Positions 17,166-26,604 of a DNA stretch of 64,000 nt are shown piece after piece. The DNA is from an uncultured virus (IMG/VR IMGVR_UViG_3300033075_000203) (Duplodnaviria; Heunggongvirae; Uroviricota; Caudoviricetes). The DNA lies in the IMG/VR virus record IMGVR_UViG_3300033075_000203; one strand, written 5' to 3'. The notes under the pieces were generated by a model. That model was not told the origin of the DNA and searched no databases. It saw nothing but the letters and a program-made list of their open reading frames with translations. How positions within the stretch are numbered: position 1 is the stretch's first letter; every line of letters starts with the position of its first letter. The position numbers and the translations under genes are program-made.

Positions 17166-19208
17166 ATGACCATGAAGCGCCGGCAGCGCCGAACGACCGA
17201 AGATCGCATCGCCGATCCGTGGCAAGAACTCTTCGACAACATCGACGATAAAGAGCGAGCCGACGGCTTCAAGAACGAGCTCACAGGCATCGGTGATTTT
17301 CTCAAGGACAAGACGCTCGGCGGACGACCTGAAGGCCCTGTGTTCGTCGTGCCGATCTTCGCAGCGCAGCAGCTCGAAGCGCGCTGGCGCGGTAGCGATC
17401 TCGGTGGCCGCATCGTCGAGTGTATCCCCGACGAGATGACGCGCGCCGGGTTCAAGATCACGATCCAGCCCGACGAGGATGACGAAGAAGCAACCGAAGA
17501 AGCGAAGGGCGACGCCGCGCCGCCTCCGCAGATGTTCGCCCCTCCGGCGCCGAAACAGCCGAAGGAGTTGCCCGACGTCGAGGACGAAGGCACGAAGCTC
17601 GCCGAGGCGCTCGAGCGCGCGTGTGAAGATCTCGAGCTCGGCGACCGCTTGTGGGACGCGCTCTGCTACGAGCGCGCGTTCGGAGGTGCGGCGATCCTGC
17701 TCGGCGCCGACGATGGGCTCGATCCCGTCAAGCCGCTCGACGAGAAGAACCTCAAGAGCATCGATCACCTGACCGTATTCTCCGGCGGCTGGGACGGCGA
17801 GTGCGTCGCGTGGAGTTACTACTCCGATCCTCGATCGAAGAACTACGGCAAGCCCGAGACGTACATGATCCGCAACGTCGGCGTCTCGACCGCTCCAACG
17901 CCTGGGCTTCCGCCGCAGCAACAGCAAAAGCAGTTCGGCGCCAACTTGTTCTTCGTTCACGAGTCACGCCTGCTCGTCTTTCCCGGCGTCGCTCCGTCGC
18001 GTCTCGTGCGCAATCAGAACCGAGGCTGGGGCGACTCGATCTTCGTGCGCGTCAACGAAGCGTTGATGCAGTTCGGCCAAAGCTGGGGCGGCGTCGCGAA
18101 CCTGCTGACCGAGTATTCGCAGTTCGTCCTGATGGTCGATCAGCTTCTCGAGCGCATGGCCGCCAAGGGCAAGAACGACGCGAAGGGCAGCGGGCTCGGA
18201 TCGCTCGCGACGCGCGCGAACGCGCTCAAGATGACCAAGTCGATCAGCAACATTTTGCTCGTCGACAAAGAGCGCGAGGACATCAAGCGCGACACCGTTT
18301 CCGTCGGCGGACTCGATGGCGTGCTCCAGCAACTCTCGCTACGCGTCGCCGCCGCTGCGGACATGCCCGTTACGCTGCTCATGGGCCAAGCTCCGGCTGG
18401 CCTCAACGCGACGGGCGCGAGCGACGTTCGCTTCTTCTACGACAAGATCCAGGCGAAGCAGACGAAGCGTCTACGTCCGATCTTGAAGCGACTGATCCAC
18501 CTGCTATGCGTCTCGCAAGACGGACCGACCGACGGGCTCGAGCCCGAGCGATGGGACATCAAGTTCAACGCGCTCTACCAGCGCACCGATCTCGAAGAGG
18601 CGCAGCTCCGAAAGACCGTCGCCGACATGGACGCGATCTACATCGGTCAGGGCGTCTACTCGCCCGAAGAGGTCGCCGCGTCGGCGTTCGCCGGATCGGG
18701 CTGGACGATGGAGCGCACGCTGGATCTCGAAGGCCGCGCGGTGATGGCGGCGAAGGACGAGCCTCCGGCAGAAGCCGATCCGCCGGCAGAAGCCGATCCG
18801 CCGGCAGAAGGCGAACAGCCGACAGAAGGCGAACAGCCGACAGAAGGCGAACAGCCGACAGAAGGCGAACAGCCGACAGAAGCCGAACCGCCGACAGAAG
18901 CCGAACCGCCGACAGAAGGCGATGAGGAGCTTGATCAAGTCGTTGATGCCGAGTGGAACGAGGCGGATCATCCGCGAGCGGAGAACGGGCAGTTCGGATC
19001 CGGTGATTTCGGATCGCCACAAGAAAAACTAGCAGCGTCACGTATGACGTTCTGGAAGGGTCAGGAAGAGCGTAAAGCAACGGTCGCTAAAAAATACGGA
19101 ATCGATCCGAACAACATTCATCAACATCCACAAGCACTAAGAGAATATCGCAAGCTGAATAAGCCGCACGTCGAGAAGCAGAAGATTCTCGAGAAGTCTC
19201 TTGCCTAA
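17166..19208 (+). CDS. portal protein (DUF1073-like) with acidic repeat and C-terminal extension
   Basis: Follows TerL; RAFGGAAI, HESRLL, WGDS, MPVTLLMGQAPAGLNATGASD. Confidence 0.85.
   Translation: MTMKRRQRRTTEDRIADPWQELFDNIDDKERADGFKNELTGIGDFLKDKTLGGRPEGPVFVVPIFAAQQLEARWRGSDLGGRIVECIPDEMTRAGFKITIQPDEDDEEATEEAKGDAAPPPQMFAPPAPKQPKELPDVEDEGTKLAEALERACEDLELGDRLWDALCYERAFGGAAILLGADDGLDPVKPLDEKNLKSIDHLTVFSGGWDGECVAWSYYSDPRSKNYGKPETYMIRNVGVSTAPTPGLPPQQQQKQFGANLFFVHESRLLVFPGVAPSRLVRNQNRGWGDSIFVRVNEALMQFGQSWGGVANLLTEYSQFVLMVDQLLERMAAKGKNDAKGSGLGSLATRANALKMTKSISNILLVDKEREDIKRDTVSVGGLDGVLQQLSLRVAAAADMPVTLLMGQAPAGLNATGASDVRFFYDKIQAKQTKRLRPILKRLIHLLCVSQDGPTDGLEPERWDIKFNALYQRTDLEEAQLRKTVADMDAIYIGQGVYSPEEVAASAFAGSGWTMERTLDLEGRAVMAAKDEPPAEADPPAEADPPAEGEQPTEGEQPTEGEQPTEGEQPTEAEPPTEAEPPTEGDEELDQVVDAEWNEADHPRAENGQFGSGDFGSPQEKLAASRMTFWKGQEERKATVAKKYGIDPNNIHQHPQALREYRKLNKPHVEKQKILEKSLA
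18759..18920 (+). repeat. 18-bp in-frame tandem repeat (9 units, xPPAEA/EQPTEG)
   Basis: ccgRcagaagSCGA.c units in portal 3' region. Confidence 0.9.
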
Positions 19209-20052
19209 TCGCGCTCGCACCATCGGCCTCGTTCGGCTGCTCAAGAGCCTCGGCGGCCTGCGCAAGACGCCCGGGCGCGTGCCTCGACAGCAGCAGCCCG
19301 ACGGGATCCGCGTCTCGTACTACCGCGCGCTCCAGCGCGCCGTGCTCGAGCCGCTCTTTCGATCGACCGAGCAGATCAAGGAGATCGCCGTTCGCGGGCT
19401 CGAGCGTCTACGAGCGAGCGAGGCGAAGCGCGACGCGAGCGGCTTCCACCCCGCGACGCCGCGCGACGTGATCCGCCGACTCGCGGAGAAGCAGATCGAA
19501 GAGTTCGATCCGAAGCCGCTGCGCGAAGTCGTCGCGCGCTTCGGTCGACAGACGAGCGCGTTCCAGAAAGAGCAGCTCGATCGCCAGGTACGATCCGCCG
19601 TCGGCGTACCGTTCTCTGCGATCGAACGCCCGGCGCGCGATCCGATCCCGACGTTCGTCGACGAGAACGTCAAGCTGATCAAGACCGTCCCCGAGCGATA
19701 CTTCGAGCGCATGCAGCGTCTAGTCGAAGAAGCCTACTCGACCGGCATGCGCCCCGAGACGCTCGCCGAGAAGCTCCAAGAGCTCGACGACATCAGCGAC
19801 AGCGACGCGATGCGCATCGCGCGCGATCAGATCGGCAAGCTCAACGCGCAGTTCAACGAGGAGCGGCTCAAGTCGATCGGCGTCGACAAGTACATCTGGC
19901 GCACGGCGAAGGACAACCGCGTCCGCGACGAGCACGCCGAGCGTGAAGGTAAGGAGTTCGCCTGGAACGCTCCACCGCCGGACGGGCACCCGGGCGAAGC
20001 GATCCAGTGTCGGTGCTACGCCGAGCCCGTGTTCAACGTCGACGAGGGTTAA
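19201..20052 (+). CDS. MuF/SPP1 gp7-like minor head protein
   Basis: RIARDQIGKLN, YIWRTAKDNRVRDEH, HPGEAIQCRC. Confidence 0.9.
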   Translation: MPNRARTIGLVRLLKSLGGLRKTPGRVPRQQQPDGIRVSYYRALQRAVLEPLFRSTEQIKEIAVRGLERLRASEAKRDASGFHPATPRDVIRRLAEKQIEEFDPKPLREVVARFGRQTSAFQKEQLDRQVRSAVGVPFSAIERPARDPIPTFVDENVKLIKTVPERYFERMQRLVEEAYSTGMRPETLAEKLQELDDISDSDAMRIARDQIGKLNAQFNEERLKSIGVDKYIWRTAKDNRVRDEHAEREGKEFAWNAPPPDGHPGEAIQCRCYAEPVFNVDEG

Positions 20053-20183
20053 CGAGGCAAACTGAGAGGCGTCAGATCGTCGCACGCTAAATCGACAGCG
20101 TCGTAGACGATCGGCGGAAATACCACCTCCTCTTCGCAACCGACGGTCATTAGCAGCAATAGAAGAAAAAACGTTCGACGCAT
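20049..20183 (-). CDS. small antisense-oriented lipoprotein (44 aa)
   Basis: MRRTFFLLLLLMTVG-C lipobox; own TATACT -10 box. Confidence 0.55.
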   Translation of the reverse strand: MRRTFFLLLLLMTVGCEEEVVFPPIVYDAVDLACDDLTPLSLPR

Positions 20184-20238
20184 GCGGTCAGTATAGCGCG
20201 TATTTGACCGCGAGCCCCGCCGCGGCGAGAATCCGAGC

Positions 20239-20547
20239 ATGTACCTACTCGGCCGCATCGAGTCGCCTTCCGGCGTCGCGCGCAGCAACGTCCAGACCGG
20301 AGCGTCGGGCGCTCCCGCGTTCAACATCGGAGCGGCGCAAAAGATCTACCTCGTCCCCGACGTAACCGGCGTGCTCTGGGAAATGGGCGTCGCCTCCGGC
20401 TTCAACACGTCGCCGACGCGCGCCGCGCCGCTCGAGCTCGGCAAGCTCAACGGGCCGTTCCCGGCCGCGACCTCGACGCCGATCGTCTCCGTCGTCCTCG
20501 TCACCGGCGGCGCCAACGTCAAAGTCTACGGCGGCCCGAGGTCGTAG
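20239..20547 (+). CDS. hypothetical (beta-rich, possibly virion) protein
   Basis: 102 aa behind TTGACC-17-GAGAAT promoter. Confidence 0.6.
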   Translation: MYLLGRIESPSGVARSNVQTGASGAPAFNIGAAQKIYLVPDVTGVLWEMGVASGFNTSPTRAAPLELGKLNGPFPAATSTPIVSVVLVTGGANVKVYGGPRS

Positions 20548-20742
20548 ATGAACAACAAGAACCGCCCGCGTCTCCGTCGCCACGCCTCGCCGATTCGCTT
20601 CGATACGCCGCAGCGCGCGTTCGAGGACATCCGCAAAGCTGCCGAAGAGTGCCCGTGGTGCGGCGACGAAGTGCAAGACGACGGCTCGTGCGCGCGTGCG
20701 TGCGCGTCGAGCCGCAGAACCTACAGGACCGATCGATCATGA
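20548..20742 (+). CDS. small zinc-finger-like protein
   Basis: CPWCG...CARAC. Confidence 0.45.
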   Translation: MNNKNRPRLRRHASPIRFDTPQRAFEDIRKAAEECPWCGDEVQDDGSCARACASSRRTYRTDRS

Positions 20743-22034
20743 GTCGTGTTCGTCGTATCGACTACGTCGCGCAGAGCGAGCTCGCCCCGCCCGTGCGGCT
20801 CGACAACGGCTTTCTGAAAGCTCAAGGCCGCATCGCGCGCACGGGCATACAAGTCTACTACGACTCGCAAGGCCGCCAGCGTCGCGAGCTGCGCTTGCCC
20901 GAGGAGGTGTTCGACAAGGAGTCGCTCGAGTCGTTCGAGCAGCTCCCCGTAACGAACAACCATCCGACGCAGATGCTCGACGCGCGCAACGCGAAAGAAC
21001 ACACCGTCGGCAACGTCTCCGATCTCCGACGCGACGGCGACTATGTCGCGGCGACGATCATGCTGATCGACGCCGAAGCAATCGCCGCCGCCGAGTCGGG
21101 CCGCTCGCAACTCTCGAACGGCTACACGTGCGAGATGGACGAGACGCAAGATCCGAAGCTCGTCGAACTCTACGGCGCGTACGACTCGATCCAACGCAAC
21201 ATCCGAGGCAACCACGTCGCGCTCTGCGACAACGCTCGCGCGGGATCGGGCGCCGCGCTTCGTCTCGATTCGGGCGACGCCGTCTCGGGCGATTTTTGTA
21301 GGTCCGACGGTTCTGTAGTATTCAATAGAGCACAGGAGAAACCGACAATGCCGCACGCGCTCAAGGTCGACGGTCTGCAGTTCGAGGTCGAAGATCCGAA
21401 CATCCAGGCCGCAGTCGATCGCGCTCTCGAGCACGCCAAGAAGGACTCGGCCGATCGCATCGCGAAGCTCGAAAAAGATCTGGCCGAGACGCAAGCCAAG
21501 CACGCCTCGCTCGAAGCCGAGATCAAGCGCGCCGACGCGAAGATGCTCAAGTGCGACAACTGCGGCGGCTCGGGCAAGCTCGACGCCGGCGGCGAGTGCC
21601 CCGACTGCGAGGGCAAGGGTGAGATGCCCGCGAAGATGGACACGGCCGAGCGCCGCGCGGCGATCATCAAGCGCCGCGTCGATGCCGCCGTCCGCGCGCG
21701 CACCGCGCTCATGCTCGAGGCCAAGCGGCACCTGTCCGCACACGAGAAGCTCGACGATCTGACCGATCGTCAGATCAAAAGCCTCGTCGTCGTCGCGCTC
21801 GCTCCGCACATCAAGGACGTGATCGACTCGCGATCGGACGACTTCGTCAACATCCTCTTCGAGAGCGAGACGAAGCGCGTCCCGGTCGAGCGGCCGATCG
21901 ACAAGGTCCGCGAGGTCCAGGCTCCGAGCGCGCCGAAGCACGACGCCTACACCGTGACGGACTCGGATGTCGAGGCCGCGCGAAAAGCCATGATCGAGCG
22001 TCAGAACTCGACGTTCGTCGCCCCGAAGAAGTAA
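20739..22034 (+). CDS. DUF2213 head maturation protease/scaffold
   Basis: IARTGIQVY, VTNNHP, QLSNGY, QRNIRGNHVAL..ARAG; coiled-coil C-terminus. Confidence 0.9.
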   Translation: MSRVRRIDYVAQSELAPPVRLDNGFLKAQGRIARTGIQVYYDSQGRQRRELRLPEEVFDKESLESFEQLPVTNNHPTQMLDARNAKEHTVGNVSDLRRDGDYVAATIMLIDAEAIAAAESGRSQLSNGYTCEMDETQDPKLVELYGAYDSIQRNIRGNHVALCDNARAGSGAALRLDSGDAVSGDFCRSDGSVVFNRAQEKPTMPHALKVDGLQFEVEDPNIQAAVDRALEHAKKDSADRIAKLEKDLAETQAKHASLEAEIKRADAKMLKCDNCGGSGKLDAGGECPDCEGKGEMPAKMDTAERRAAIIKRRVDAAVRARTALMLEAKRHLSAHEKLDDLTDRQIKSLVVVALAPHIKDVIDSRSDDFVNILFESETKRVPVERPIDKVREVQAPSAPKHDAYTVTDSDVEAARKAMIERQNSTFVAPKK

Positions 22035-22068
22035 CCCGAGGAAGCAGAAGGAAAGAGGAGAAGAAAAA

Positions 22069-22623
22069 ATGTCTCAGCGCAGCGTTTCCGCCGGCGGCAT
22101 GGCCGCAGGACTTCCCGGGCAGATCGCCGACTCCAACCTTGTCACCGACATCGTCAGCGGCTTCTCCAACGAAGCGACGGTGCAGCTCCCGCTCGGCTAC
22201 GGCGTCGCGCAAGTCGCCGGAATCGCCGACGCGTATCAGGGCGCGTCGGGCGCGTCGGGCGGCATCGCCGGCATCAACGTCCTGGGCATGAACCACATGC
22301 GCGCCGGAGCTCTCGACGCCGACGGCGTCAACATCGGCGACATGGGCGCATCCGGTCTGCTCCCCGACGCGTCGATGCAGATCGGCCGAAAGGGTCGATA
22401 CTTCGTCCCGGTCGAGCACAACGTCCGACCCGACGATCGCGCGTTCTGTCGCATCGTCGCGACGGGCGCGCTCACGCCAGGCTCGTGGGTCGGCACAAAC
22501 TTCGGTGGCTCCTACGTCAAGGACTGCACGGCGCAGGGCGTGTTCCGCTCGACCACGTACACGTCGGCAGACGGCACGACCAAGGTCGCCGTTCTCGAAG
22601 TCGACTTCACCAACAAGCCGTAA
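22069..22623 (+). CDS. head decoration/cement protein
   Basis: Position between protease and major capsid; AGLPGQIAD, LGYGV motifs. Confidence 0.7.
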   Translation: MSQRSVSAGGMAAGLPGQIADSNLVTDIVSGFSNEATVQLPLGYGVAQVAGIADAYQGASGASGGIAGINVLGMNHMRAGALDADGVNIGDMGASGLLPDASMQIGRKGRYFVPVEHNVRPDDRAFCRIVATGALTPGSWVGTNFGGSYVKDCTAQGVFRSTTYTSADGTTKVAVLEVDFTNKP

Positions 22624-22656
22624 CCGAGCGTCGAAGAGAAGAAGGAGAGAAGGACT

Positions 22657-23649
22657 ATGCCGAAGCTGCCGCCAGACTACACGCAGCGCCACGACGCCGG
22701 AGAGGTTCTGTTCGTCGAGCGCGCGCTCAACTACATCGAGCGCGAGACGTACAACGTCGAGTTCCCTCCGCTCGAGGGCCTCAAGTACGTCCCGATCGAC
22801 ACCTCGGTCCCCGAGGGCGCGAAGTTCTCGACGTACAAGCAGTATACCCGCGTCGGCCTCGCGAAGCTCATCACCGAGCGCGGCGGCGACGTTCCGCTGA
22901 CCAAGCTGTTCGTCAAGGAGTTCACGCGGCAGTACTACCGCCTCGGTGCGGGGTACGAGTACACGCTCGACGATCTGCTCGCGGCGCAGTACGCGGCGAG
23001 CAACGGGCAGGGCGAGCTCAACCTCGATCTCGAGGAAGCGACCGCCGCGCGTGAAGCGATCGATCGCGCGCTCGACGTCGTCGCCGGCGTCGGCTCGACC
23101 ACGTCCGCGACCATCCCGGGCCTCTCCGTCGGCATCGGTCCCGACGTCGGCATGCTCGGCTTACTCAACCAGCCGAACGCGACGATCTACGTCGTCGCCA
23201 ACGGTGCGGGAGGATCGGCGCTCTGGGTCAACAAGACGCCGGACGAGAAGGTCGCCGATCTCGTCGGCATCTACGCCGGTCAGGTCAACACGACCTACAA
23301 GGTGTTCCGTCCGAACACGATCCTGCTGCCGATCCTCCAGTTCGAGTCGGCCGCGGGTCAGCGCATGGGCGACGGCAGCGACGAGACGGTCATCAGCTTC
23401 TTCCGCAAGATCAAGCCGGACGTCACCGTCGACTCGTGGCAGTACTGCGCGGGCGCGGGCTCGGGCGGCCTCGATCGCATGGTCGCGTACAACCGCGACC
23501 GTCGCTACGTCCGCATGATGATCTCGCAACGCTTCCGTCAGCAGCCGCCCGAGTGGCGCGCGTTGACCTTCTACACGCTCTGCTCGGCCAAGACCGCCGG
23601 CGTGCTCTCGCCGTATCCGCTCTCGATCAGCTACGGCGACGGCATCTAG
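22657..23649 (+). CDS. major capsid protein (DUF2184-like, HK97 fold)
   Basis: YEYTLDDL.AA, GLLNQPN, W..KTPDE, P.SI.YGDGI C-terminus; strong AGGAG RBS. Confidence 0.9.
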   Translation: MPKLPPDYTQRHDAGEVLFVERALNYIERETYNVEFPPLEGLKYVPIDTSVPEGAKFSTYKQYTRVGLAKLITERGGDVPLTKLFVKEFTRQYYRLGAGYEYTLDDLLAAQYAASNGQGELNLDLEEATAAREAIDRALDVVAGVGSTTSATIPGLSVGIGPDVGMLGLLNQPNATIYVVANGAGGSALWVNKTPDEKVADLVGIYAGQVNTTYKVFRPNTILLPILQFESAAGQRMGDGSDETVISFFRKIKPDVTVDSWQYCAGAGSGGLDRMVAYNRDRRYVRMMISQRFRQQPPEWRALTFYTLCSAKTAGVLSPYPLSISYGDGI

Positions 23650-23691
23650 TACGATCTGCGACGACGGCCTCGCCTCCTCCGTCCAGATCCG

Positions 23692-23738
23692 CAAGGCCCA
23701 TCGGGACTTCGCACACCCCGTTGGGCCTTGTGTTTTTT
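23692..23738 (+). terminator. intrinsic terminator after major capsid gene
   Basis: CAAGGCCCAtCGGG...CCCGtTGGGCCTTG followed by TGTTTTTT. Confidence 0.75.
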
Positions 23739-23763
23739 CGGCGAAGCTCGGCAGAATGTCGGC

Positions 23764-24237
23764 ATGCCCAAGGTCGTCGTGCTCAACAATCGCGAATCGC
23801 GCATCATCGCGCAGCTCCCGGGAACCAAGGACACCGCCGGCGTGCCGATCACCGGCAAGCAGGTCAACTTGATCCCCGGCCTCAACCTCCTCGACGCCGC
23901 CGAGTTCAAGCTGCTCAAGCAGAACAAGGTGTTCGCGTCGCTGTTCCAAGAGATCATCGGCGTCGGCAAGGCCGCCGAGCTCAACCACGACAAGCGCGGC
24001 TCGAAGCTGCTCGAGGAGGTGCCGAACCTCGGCGAGCTCCCCGACGCAAAGCCGTTCGCGAAGGTCGCGATCGACGTCTGCTCGATGTTGATCGGTGAGA
24101 TCTTCTCCGTCGAGATGCTCCAGAAGTGGCTCGCCGAAGAAGCGCGCGACGAGGTTCGGCTGCTGCTCCACAAGCAGATCCGCGTTCTCGAAACCGGCGA
24201 CAGCACAGCCGCCGCCTTCGCTCGGACCAGCGCATGA
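23764..24237 (+). CDS. hypothetical head-completion region protein
   Basis: MPKVVVLNN..., follows major capsid. Confidence 0.65.
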   Translation: MPKVVVLNNRESRIIAQLPGTKDTAGVPITGKQVNLIPGLNLLDAAEFKLLKQNKVFASLFQEIIGVGKAAELNHDKRGSKLLEEVPNLGELPDAKPFAKVAIDVCSMLIGEIFSVEMLQKWLAEEARDEVRLLLHKQIRVLETGDSTAAAFARTSA

Positions 24238-24599
24238 CCTGGGCCGACGTCGTCGCTCTCGCTCCCGCGCTCGCGAGTCTCGCCGTCGCGCGACAGACGC
24301 AGATCCTCGCCGAAGTCGACAACGAGGTCAGCACCGACGCGTGGGGCGACTACGCCGAAGCGGGCAAGCGGTATCTTGCCGCGCACAAGGGCACGGTCAC
24401 GGTGCTCAGCGATGCGGGCTCGGGCGGCGGTGCCGCTCTCGGTCCGATCACGTCCGAGTCGCTCGGTCCGATGTCGCGCAGCTACGGCACGATCGGCGAC
24501 TCGACATCGGTCGACTCCGAGCTGTCGCGCACGAGTTACGGGCGCGAGTACATCCGCTTGCGGAGCCTCGCCGTCGGCTTCGCCGCGGCGGTGTACTAG
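24234..24599 (+). CDS. head-tail adaptor (DUF4054-like)
   Basis: YLAAH, ITSESLGPMSRSY, TSYGREY. Confidence 0.8.
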   Translation: MTWADVVALAPALASLAVARQTQILAEVDNEVSTDAWGDYAEAGKRYLAAHKGTVTVLSDAGSGGGAALGPITSESLGPMSRSYGTIGDSTSVDSELSRTSYGREYIRLRSLAVGFAAAVY

Positions 24600-24661
24600 T
24601 GGGTCGCCCGCCGCTACAAGACGCTCTGCCCGCGCTTCGAGCGGGCACGATCGTCGGCGTC

Positions 24662-25003
24662 ATGCGCGCGCGAGATCTCTACCGTCGCGTCGCCGAGGTC
24701 ATGGGACAACGCCGATGGATCGAAGGGCTCTCCGAGGACGCGCGCATGGACGTTCACGCCGTGCTCTGCATGGCCGTCGCGTGCGAGATCGCCGGGGCCG
24801 GCGGTACGCGCGTCAGGCGTCCCGCAGGAGCTCCGGCGAAGTGGCCCGAGGAGTGGATCGCTTGCCCCGCCTGTAACGGCCGCGCCGCGCTCGGCGAGCC
24901 GTGCGTCTGCGCGATGGGCGCGCGCCCCGGAAGCGTCTCGAACTCGACTTGGCCGGCGTGGTATATTGTCCAAGAGCTCGAGCTCGAGGAGCTGACCAAG
25001 TGA
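24662..25003 (+). CDS. hypothetical protein with CxxC motifs
   Basis: CPACNG...CVC. Confidence 0.45.
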   Translation: MRARDLYRRVAEVMGQRRWIEGLSEDARMDVHAVLCMAVACEIAGAGGTRVRRPAGAPAKWPEEWIACPACNGRAALGEPCVCAMGARPGSVSNSTWPAWYIVQELELEELTK

Positions 25004-25554
25004 GCAAGTGCGAACTCGTCGATCGTGATCTCGGTTGGGCGGCGTACTTCCGCAGCGTCTCGAAGATGAAGTCGGCGTACGCGAAAGTCGGCGTGCTCGA
25101 CGACGGAAAAGGCGCGGAGAAGTACCCGGACGGATCGCTATCCGTCGCCGAGGTCGCGGCGATCCACGAGTTCGGCACCGAGGACGGACGCATCCCGTCG
25201 CGGTCGTTCCTGCGTTCGACGTTCGACGAGAAGCGGCCCGAGCTCGAGCAGACCGCAGCAGTTCTTTCGGCGCGCATCCTCGCCGGCAAGTCGACCATCG
25301 AGGACGCGCTCAACCGTCTCGGGGCTCTGCTCACCGCAGCGGTCAAAAACAAGATCTCGGCGGGCATCGATCCGCCGAACGCGCCGAGCACGGCGATCGC
25401 GAAAGCGTCGAAGGGTAAGACGCGCAAGTTCTTCAAGCGGCCCGCCAAGGACGTCGGCGAAGCTCTCGCTCAAGTTGGCGCGCTCGCGGCGGTCAAGCCG
25501 CTGATCGACACGGGCCGGCTGCTGAACGCCATCACCTGGGCGCTCGAAATTTAG
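25000..25554 (+). CDS. neck/tail-completion protein
   Basis: VAAIHEFG..IPSRSFLR, PPNAPSTAIAK, PLIDTGRL. Confidence 0.85.
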   Translation: MSKCELVDRDLGWAAYFRSVSKMKSAYAKVGVLDDGKGAEKYPDGSLSVAEVAAIHEFGTEDGRIPSRSFLRSTFDEKRPELEQTAAVLSARILAGKSTIEDALNRLGALLTAAVKNKISAGIDPPNAPSTAIAKASKGKTRKFFKRPAKDVGEALAQVGALAAVKPLIDTGRLLNAITWALEI

Positions 25555-25587
25555 ACCGCCGCGTCGGCGTGCTAGACTCTCCGATCG

Positions 25588-25947
25588 ATGGACCTCTCTT
25601 CGCTCGTCGCCGGATTCTCGACCGGCACGTACACGATCACGCGCACGACGAAGGCGACGTTCAAGCGCGGCCGCGCGCAGGTCGCGGCAGCGACGACGCT
25701 CTCGATCGTTGCGTCGATCACGCCCGCTACCGGGCGAGACGTGCAGCTACTTCCCGAGGGTCGCTACGACGACGAAACGCGTCTGCTTTTCACGACGACG
25801 AAGCTCTATCAGGGCGGGCAGAACGAGGACTACGAGACGGACACGATCGCGCTCGACGGCGACATCTGGGAAGTGATCCACGTCGAGACGTGGATCCAAT
25901 GGGGCGGATCGCCGACCGTCTACAAGTGCATGATTCAAAGGCCGTGA
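25588..25947 (+). CDS. head-closure/stopper protein
   Basis: QLLPEG, D.I.LDG..WEV; synteny. Confidence 0.7.
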   Translation: MDLSSLVAGFSTGTYTITRTTKATFKRGRAQVAAATTLSIVASITPATGRDVQLLPEGRYDDETRLLFTTTKLYQGGQNEDYETDTIALDGDIWEVIHVETWIQWGGSPTVYKCMIQRP

Positions 25948-25951
25948 TGCG

Positions 25952-26563
25952 ATGGCGATGAACTGGGACGACATCGGCAACGCGATTACCGACGCTGTTC
26001 GTATCGCGAGCGGGCTCGACGAGAACCACGTGATCTGGAAGCACCAGAACTACAACGCTCCCGACGAGGACTACCTCACGATCAGCCTCGGCAACCCGAT
26101 CACGCTCGGCATCGACTACATCGTCACGACGACCGACATGAACCGACCGCGCGGGCGCGAGGTCGAGATCAAGGTCGAGGGCGTTCGCGAGCGCACCCTC
26201 GAGATCGAGTTCTTCTCGTTGCCGAGCGAAACGGGCGGGGCCGGCAACAAAGAAGCGGCGCTCGCGAAGCTCGAGGAGCTCAAGACGTCGCTCACGTTGC
26301 CGACGATCCGCAACATCCTCCGCGCGCAGCGCGTCAGCCCGTTTGATCCCGGCCCGACGAACTGGATCCCTGACATCCCCGGATCGAAGTTCCGCGGCCG
26401 CGCATCGTGCTCGATCCGCTGCTACATGCCGCCGCCGACCGTTGCCGAATACGTCGGCTTCATCGATCGCGTCACGGGTCAGATTACGACGACCGACGAT
26501 CTCAGTGGTGAGGGTACCTACGACTTCGACTCCGCGGTCGTACGTCCCGGAGACGAAGAATAG
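25952..26563 (+). CDS. tail terminator/neck protein
   Basis: Directly upstream of sheath. Confidence 0.65.
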   Translation: MAMNWDDIGNAITDAVRIASGLDENHVIWKHQNYNAPDEDYLTISLGNPITLGIDYIVTTTDMNRPRGREVEIKVEGVRERTLEIEFFSLPSETGGAGNKEAALAKLEELKTSLTLPTIRNILRAQRVSPFDPGPTNWIPDIPGSKFRGRASCSIRCYMPPPTVAEYVGFIDRVTGQITTTDDLSGEGTYDFDSAVVRPGDEE

Positions 26564-26604
26564 TCGTTTTTGTACGGCGTAACCTCGTGGTGTAGACTCG
26601 CCGT

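Noticed and set aside
17166..19208. Anti-CBASS Acb1 annotation often attached to DUF1073 proteins
   Set aside because: Position and motifs fit a portal; no 2H-phosphoesterase HxT motifs recognised
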